Origin: Pyrolobus fumarii 1A
Lineage (GTDB): Archaea > Thermoproteota > Thermoprotei_A > Sulfolobales > Pyrodictiaceae
NCBI RefSeq assembly: GCF_000223395.1
Contig: NC_015931.1
Coordinates: 1,650,001-1,682,000, forward strand
Reading direction: 5' to 3'
Length of the DNA: 32,000 nucleotides
The position numbers were made by a program, and so were the translations under genes. Every line of letters begins with the position of its first letter. The stretch's first letter is position 1. The notes below the pieces were generated by a model. It was given only the letters and a program-made list of their open reading frames with translations, made no database searches and was not told the DNA's origin. Positions 27,897 to 32,000 of the stretch are shown one piece after another.

Positions 27897-28043
27897 CTAG
27901 GCACAATCAAATCGGATATAGCCAGGGGTGCCTAGCGACTAACAGACACACGCGGCAAACCAATCCAGGTGCCCTTTCCGGCACGAGTGCCGGTGTCGGA
28001 TTGGCTATCGAAGCGTATGGTAAAAGGTCTCCGCTAGGAGGCC
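27897..28043. other. three consecutive perfect or near-perfect hairpins in non-coding DNA
   Basis: Hairpins:
- CTAGGCAC (27897-27904) pairs with GTGCCTAG (27928-27935).
- CCAATCC (27960-27966) pairs with GGATTGG (27998-28004). Nested inside are CCGGCA-cgag-TGCCGG or, alternatively, GTGCC/GGCAC.
- GGTCTCC (28026-28032) pairs with GGAGGCC (28037-28043). Confidence 0.35.
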
Positions 28044-28074
28044 CGTTACACCGGGTGAGGAGCACCGCGCGAGC

Positions 28075-29649
28075 CTACGGGGTCCGAGGGGGCCGTGCGC
28101 CTCCTCGAGGCCCCCGTTGATGTGAGGCGGGGTTTACCGATAACACTCCTAAAGCTCTCCTAGCGTCCTCTGGCGTTACACCTCGCGGCACTCCTCCTAG
28201 GGTAGAGTATGTCCTGCCTAGCCTCAAGAGAGCATAAGCCACGCCTATCTCGAAGCCAAGCCAAGCGGCATGATCGAGCCTCGTTACATACCCCAGGCTT
28301 ATCGCGGCACGATAGAGAGCATAGGGGTCGCGACCCTCCAAGGCCTCTACCCTCCCATCACTCCACTTGTGCAACACGCGTATGCGGCCATCAGGGTGAG
28401 CCTCGACCAGATTATCGCCGGCAGGATCACGCTGGAATGGTATCCTCTCAACGCTCTCAGCGTCGCGAGTGATGCCCGGCCTCCAGCCGGGAGGGTCTAG
28501 AGGCGCGGGCCTCTTCTCGCGCGCAACGAGTAGGTCAACTCCCAGGTCCTTCGGCGGTCTCTTCTCGTGGCAGGCTACACTAGCCATGAGGGCTGCTATG
28601 GGGGCCTCCAGGGGTGCGTGCCTCGCTTTCCAACTTTCACCCGTCACCAGGAAGACCGAGACGCCAGCCTCAACGAGCAACACCGACAGTAGCGCTAACA
28701 CACCAGTAGTGTCAGCATCGAGAAGCTCGTAGACGTTGCCTAGACCCGCTAGCAGCGGGTAACCGAGACTAGAGGCCTCGCGGTATGCCATGAGAGAGTC
28801 GAGGAGCCCCATACAGGGTGGTGCTAGAAGCGGGTCAAGCACCGGCACCAGGCCAGCATCAAGAACATCGAGTGCCAGTCTACTCAGCCTTTCAACCCTC
28901 TCTCTGGGCGGGGGTAGAGGCTCGCCGATGCCAGAAGGTATGAGGACTACCGCAACACCCCGAGGAAGACTATGGAGCAGCTCCTCCCTCCCAGGATACA
29001 CCGACAGGACGACAGATGCGCCCAAGTCGACCGCGTCGAGTATAACATCGTCGTTATCCGCGTCAACACCCCAACAGGTAAACCTACCAGAAGCATTTTC
29101 TAGAATGGTATGCGCCTCGGCACGTGTAACACCCCGTGTGAACCCAACAACAACGCCGTGAGCCTCACCCATAGGCTGGTAGCCAGCAATGCTATCCGCC
29201 ATAACCTCGCGTAGGAGCACAACCGGCGGAGGCCTCCGGTAAAACGCGAGACCACACCGTAGAACCGCGTATGGCTCAGCATTCCAATCTACACGGGGGC
29301 CAACGCTCGTAACAGCATCAAGCCTGTCACCCGGCCTAAGCGCGGATAAATCGACACGTGGAAGCACCTCGGGAAGAAGGCGAGGGTCAACTGGCCCCCT
29401 AACCACGACGACACCCGTCTCCCTCCACAACTTCTCAAAATCAACCCTCGCGTAAGGCGGCAGAATCACAAGCGTGCCACGCCCATACCTCCTAGCAACA
29501 CTCTCGACGAACAACGGCGGCACAAGACTAGCAACATCAACATCCGCCACCTCCACAAACACATCAAAACCCATAGCACGCAGCTTCTCAGCAACACGCT
29601 TGACAGCGCCACTCGCAAGCCTCCCGGTGACAAGCACTATCCTCAACAC
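28075..29649 (-). CDS. dihydropteroate synthase-related protein, paralog 2 (very GC-rich, Arg/Pro-rich tail)
   Basis: It aligns by eye with ORF 18066..19622:
- VLDPLLAPPCMGLLDSL vs LLDPIVMPPPLGFADSI.
- YPLLAGLGNVYELL vs YPLLFSLASLEDAL.
- PPKDLGVDLL vs PPVDLGVDLT.
- N-terminal IVLVTG vs VLIVTG.
The track ORF is trimmed to the GTG at 29649 (or TTG 29646), preceded by GGAGGT. Confidence 0.55.
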   Translation of the reverse strand: MLRIVLVTGRLASGAVKRVAEKLRAMGFDVFVEVADVDVASLVPPLFVESVARRYGRGTLVILPPYARVDFEKLWRETGVVVVRGPVDPRLLPEVLPRVDLSALRPGDRLDAVTSVGPRVDWNAEPYAVLRCGLAFYRRPPPVVLLREVMADSIAGYQPMGEAHGVVVGFTRGVTRAEAHTILENASGRFTCWGVDADNDDVILDAVDLGASVVLSVYPGREELLHSLPRGVAVVLIPSGIGEPLPPPRERVERLSRLALDVLDAGLVPVLDPLLAPPCMGLLDSLMAYREASSLGYPLLAGLGNVYELLDADTTGVLALLSVLLVEAGVSVFLVTGESWKARHAPLEAPIAALMASVACHEKRPPKDLGVDLLVAREKRPAPLDPPGWRPGITRDAESVERIPFQRDPAGDNLVEAHPDGRIRVLHKWSDGRVEALEGRDPYALYRAAISLGYVTRLDHAAWLGFEIGVAYALLRLGRTYSTLGGVPRGVTPEDARRALGVLSVNPASHQRGPRGGARPPRTP

Positions 29650-29893
29650 GGACCTCCGTAACCCAATGCCCCACAGACAACAATGATAGTAGTCTCTCCG
29701 AGCAACACACCAGCACAAGCCTCAAACAATCGAGACGAGCCTCACCTCAGCGTTCACCTTAAACACCCCCTACCCCCAGGATGTTACACGCCGCCGCGAC
29801 ACAGCCCGAGGGGCTGCTGGATGAGCGGCTGGTGTTCTCCCGGCCGGGGGGTCGGGGGTGCACACCCCACCCCCACTCGCAAACCCCGCAACA

Positions 29894-29926
29894 GCGCCTG
29901 GTAGCGTGTACACAGGAACCAGGCGC
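29894..29926. other. 9-bp perfect GC-rich hairpin inside the 460-nt non-coding stretch
   Basis: GCGCCTGGT (29894-29902) pairs with ACCAGGCGC (29918-29926) around a 15-nt loop. Neighbouring hairpins lie at 29802-29816 and 29847-29874. Confidence 0.35.
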
Positions 29927-30109
29927 CGCGTATTGGGACCAGGGCGTAGTCGTCGACAACGATGTCCGCCGCTTGAACAACTATGCTCGTGCGTCTACAC
30001 CTCATTCTATCTTGCTAGGCGTGCGGCTTTGAGTGACGAGATGCTATAGCGTGTTGTCATACTCGAAGCTCCACGTATTAACCCCATAACGGATCATACA
30101 TCGCTTGGT

Positions 30110-30439
30110 GTGACCGCGGTCATGTGGTGGCCCGGCTGGGGTAGGAGAAGAGGCTGGCGATGGGGCTGGCAGAGCCAGCAGCCTCCACGTGGACAGCAAG
30201 AAAGAGAACCGCAAGAGCAAATGCAAGCATACGCGCCGCCATACCCCTGGTGGCCCTGGTGGACACCCCCACCACCCCCATGGTGGGCATGGTGGACAGC
30301 TCCACAACTATACCCGCCCTTCACGAGCCCCGAGGAGGAGCTGAAGTGGCTCGAGGAGTACAAGCGCGAGCTAGAAGAAGAGCTTAGAAGCGTCGAGGAA
30401 CGCATCAAGGAGCTTAAGAGGATGCTAAACCGCAGCTAG
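30110..30439 (+). CDS. Trp/Pro-rich small protein with C-terminal coiled coil (DUF5320-like)
   Basis: It has an N-terminal GWGRRRGWRWGW segment and PWWPWWTPPPPPWWAWW repeats, then an acidic/basic heptad-like tail (EEELKWLEEYKRELEEELRSVEERIKELKRML). This layout recalls the DUF5320 family as I remember it. TATTAA lies about 30 nt upstream. Other frames are also open here because of composition. Confidence 0.45.
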   Translation: MTAVMWWPGWGRRRGWRWGWQSQQPPRGQQEREPQEQMQAYAPPYPWWPWWTPPPPPWWAWWTAPQLYPPFTSPEEELKWLEEYKRELEEELRSVEERIKELKRMLNRS

Positions 30440-30536
30440 AGCAGCAAATCGTCGTACACAGCTGGAGTACGGGCATTAGAACCAGCATAGATACACGGCT
30501 GCCAAATCCATTTTCTAATCCTAACTAGTCCTAGAT

Positions 30537-30601
30537 GGGGCTGTGAGGAGCCGGTCGGCCTGAGCAGACCGGTGAAGAGTTAGCCGGGTACACCGAGCCC
30601 C
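30537..30601 (+). ncRNA. candidate box C/D sRNA (element B), same scaffold as element A
   Basis: Layout:
- Terminal stem GGGGC (30537-30541) pairs with GCCCC (30597-30601).
- Box C is GUGAGGA (30543-30549), followed by a 10-nt spacer.
- D' is CUGA (30560-30563), followed by an 8-nt loop.
- C' is GUGAAGA (30572-30578), followed by a 14-nt spacer.
- Box D is CCGA (30593-30596).
A TATA-like TTCTAATCC lies at 30513-30521. Confidence 0.5.
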
Positions 30602-30665
30602 ACAAAACGAACACGTTATCCACATTATGTAACGTGTATATGTTGGTGCAGGTGTTGTTGCCTTG

Positions 30666-30947
30666 CTAGCGTAGCTCTAGCTCTATGTGGAGCTTCATGG
30701 GTCTCTCCACGGTTATGACGTTGAGTCTCACTTGTATCTCCGATAACACACCATTCCTCATAATGAAGGTATAGATTCCTGCCTCACTTAGCGTGTTGGC
30801 AAGCCTCGCGGCAAGACGCGCCAGTTCACGGCCCCATCCAGGCCTGGAGCCCCTCGCGCTACTATACTCTATTCGACTTTTTTCAACCGCTTGTACTACT
30901 CTCGATAACTTCTCTCGCCTCTCGTTGTAACTGGTCAACCTCGTCAA
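30666..30947 (-). CDS. hypothetical small protein (93 aa), doubtful
   Basis: The only in-frame start (ATG 30947) overlaps the upstream gene by 65 nt. The C-terminal half looks protein-like and beta-rich. The ORF may be spurious or may start non-canonically. Confidence 0.25.
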   Translation of the reverse strand: MTRLTSYNERREKLSRVVQAVEKSRIEYSSARGSRPGWGRELARLAARLANTLSEAGIYTFIMRNGVLSEIQVRLNVITVERPMKLHIELELR

Positions 30948-31551
30948 CCACTCTCTCCTCGGCTGCTCTCCTACGGATATACTCCCAGTCTAGCTTTTCG
31001 TACAACGCGGCAGCAACCGCAAGCGCCTTGTCTCTATCTATCCTCGACTTCCACCACCTCCACGCTACAAGATACTTGACTATGAGATCCTCGGGAGGCT
31101 CTATATAGACGCGATAACCGTTCACACGTACAGTCACTGGTGGGCGCCTGCCTCTACTAGGGTACATCGAGCCAACGATATCAATGGCTTTCGCTGCGAG
31201 AGCCTCGAGCGCAAGATGATAAGTGCGTAGGCCGAGTTCGCCAAGCTCCTTCAATAGTCTCTCAACAACCCGGGTAGCATCGGCACCCTCCACGATAAGA
31301 TCGACATCGTAGGTCTGGTAGGCTGCGCCAGTGTAAACCTCTACGGCGAAACCTCCGACAATGATTATCCTTCCGAGCCCTGTCTCTTCTAGACGTGTAT
31401 TGAGCCATGCGAGAAAGTAGAGGAAACGCTCCGTAGCTCTCACTATACGAGCGAGAATCGGGGCCACATGTTCGCGAAGTTCACGGGCAAGCCTCTCCAC
31501 TATAGCATCTAGGCTCTTCACCTTGCTCTCCTCGGTTGCGGTCAAGTGCAA
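30883..31551 (-). CDS. putative nucleotidyltransferase-fold protein (minimal NTase / DUF6036-like)
   Basis: IIIVGGFAVEVYTG...YDVDLIV matches the GG/GS...DxD pattern of pol-beta-superfamily NTases. PEDLIVKYLVAWR resembles the helical region that follows in that family. GGGAGGT lies just upstream. The start is TTG 31551 or TTG 31545. Confidence 0.5.
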   Translation of the reverse strand: MHLTATEESKVKSLDAIVERLARELREHVAPILARIVRATERFLYFLAWLNTRLEETGLGRIIIVGGFAVEVYTGAAYQTYDVDLIVEGADATRVVERLLKELGELGLRTYHLALEALAAKAIDIVGSMYPSRGRRPPVTVRVNGYRVYIEPPEDLIVKYLVAWRWWKSRIDRDKALAVAAALYEKLDWEYIRRRAAEERVVDEVDQLQREAREVIESSTSG

Positions 31552-31663
31552 CCTCCCTGAGTTTTGCTAGCCGGTATGCTTCGGGAAGATTGCCGCGCTA
31601 TAAGCGGTAGACGATATTGTTTTAGGTCTTGGTGCTGATGGCGGTGGCTGGTGTCGGGTTATT

Positions 31664-32000
31664 GTGGCGGAGTATCGCCTTGACCCCTGGGGTACAGCCG
31701 TCCGCGTAGAGTATGAGAAGCTGTTCAAAGTGTTCGGTATCAAGCCATTCTCCGACCTCGTGCCACGCGTGGAGAAGGTGCTTGGCGACGCCCTCCACCT
31801 CATGAGGCGCGGCGTGATCTTCGGGCACCGCGACTTCGACAAGATACTGGACGCTTATGAGCGCGGGGAGAGGGTCGCGCTGGTAACCGGTTTCATGCCT
31901 AGCGGTAAATTCCACTTTGGTCACAAGATGGTAGCCGACCAGATAATCTACTACCAGCGTAAGGGTTTCGAGGTCTTCGTGGTGCTAGCGGATGCCGAGG
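31664..32000 (+). CDS. trpS: tryptophanyl-tRNA synthetase, 5' partial (runs off the window)
   Basis: I translated this by hand; it is not in the ORF track because it has no stop in the window. The sequence is (V)AEYRLDPWGTAVRVEYEKLFKVFGIKPF...VTGFMPSGKFHFGHKMVADQIIYYQRKGFEVFVVLADAE. LDPWG and the PSGxxHxGH HIGH motif fit archaeal TrpRS. GTG 31664 is the first in-frame start after the stop at 31601. Confidence 0.75.
   Translation, partial: MAEYRLDPWGTAVRVEYEKLFKVFGIKPFSDLVPRVEKVLGDALHLMRRGVIFGHRDFDKILDAYERGERVALVTGFMPSGKFHFGHKMVADQIIYYQRKGFEVFVVLADAE

Noticed and set aside
28054-28086. GUGAGGA (28054-28060) followed 22 nt later by CCGA (28083-28086), resembling the terminal boxes of the sRNA family.
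   Set aside because: There are no internal D'/C' boxes and no terminal stem. The spacing is wrong for a two-guide sRNA, and the 3' part lies inside the coding end of paralog 2. It is probably chance in GC-rich sequence.
29683-30049. Five mutually overlapping 63-83-aa ORFs on both strands in the GC-rich spacer.
   Set aside because: They translate to P/G/R/S-rich low-complexity sequence, they overlap each other, and open frames are expected by chance at this GC content. I treat the region as non-coding until shown otherwise.
29650-30109. SRP (7S) RNA or RNase P RNA in the long GC-rich spacer.
   Set aside because: I could not find the conserved SRP helix-8/helix-6 CCGGAAGG/AGCA-type motifs or the RNase P GAAAGUCC-type P4 sequence on either strand.
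31567-31924. Minus-strand ORFs 31567..31842 and 31622..31924.
   Set aside because: The plus strand here translates into a clear TrpRS N-terminus (LDPWG, PSGKFHFGH) that runs off the window. The minus-strand ORFs are antisense shadows.
1-32000. CRISPR arrays, tRNA or rRNA genes, IS elements or integrases.
   Set aside because: I found no regularly spaced direct repeats, no T-loop/acceptor-like sequences, no rRNA-like conserved blocks, and no transposase- or integrase-like ORFs in any frame.

Overview
The window reads as chromosomal DNA from a GC-rich hyperthermophilic crenarchaeon, possibly Desulfurococcales-like (my inference from gene content and protein style; no search was run). It is densely coding on both strands. 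About 31 protein genes are supported.

Recognisable genes:
- Information processing: TFB, with Gar1 immediately upstream and overlapping by 4 nt; EF-2; RNase HII; short crenarchaeal XPF; Trm-G10/Trm11-type tRNA methyltransferase; the 5' end of TrpRS.
- Sulfur transfer: a TtuA/Ncs6-type tRNA thiolase, translationally coupled to a 68-aa ThiS/MoaD-like protein ending in Gly-Gly.
- Transport: a BMP-family binding protein with a duplicated ABC ATPase and two permeases.
- Metabolism and other: nicotinate phosphoribosyltransferase, thioredoxin, aldo/keto reductase, an M50/PDZ site-2 protease, and two radical SAM enzymes.
- Two strongly diverged paralogs of the archaeal dihydropteroate-synthase-related family.

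I saw no rRNA, tRNA, CRISPR array or transposase.

Most notable beyond the ORF track:
1. Five intergenic ~55-67 nt elements have box C/D sRNA architecture. In every terminal motif the kink-turn is changed in a covarying way: UGAGG in box C with CCGA in box D, instead of UGAUG with CUGA. Two elements share an identical scaffold. Three end exactly at the stop codon of a convergent gene.
2. A very GC-rich segment (about 28.1-30.4 kb) holds one DHPS-related paralog, 460 nt of hairpin-rich non-coding DNA, and a 109-aa protein with 15 Trp and 17 Pro.
3. An AT-richer 814-aa orphan carries Cys clusters.
4. Gar1 has an Arg/Gly-rich tail.
5. An ACACGTTA motif recurs only in intergenic DNA.

All functional calls rest on motifs I recognised by eye. 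None was checked against a database.
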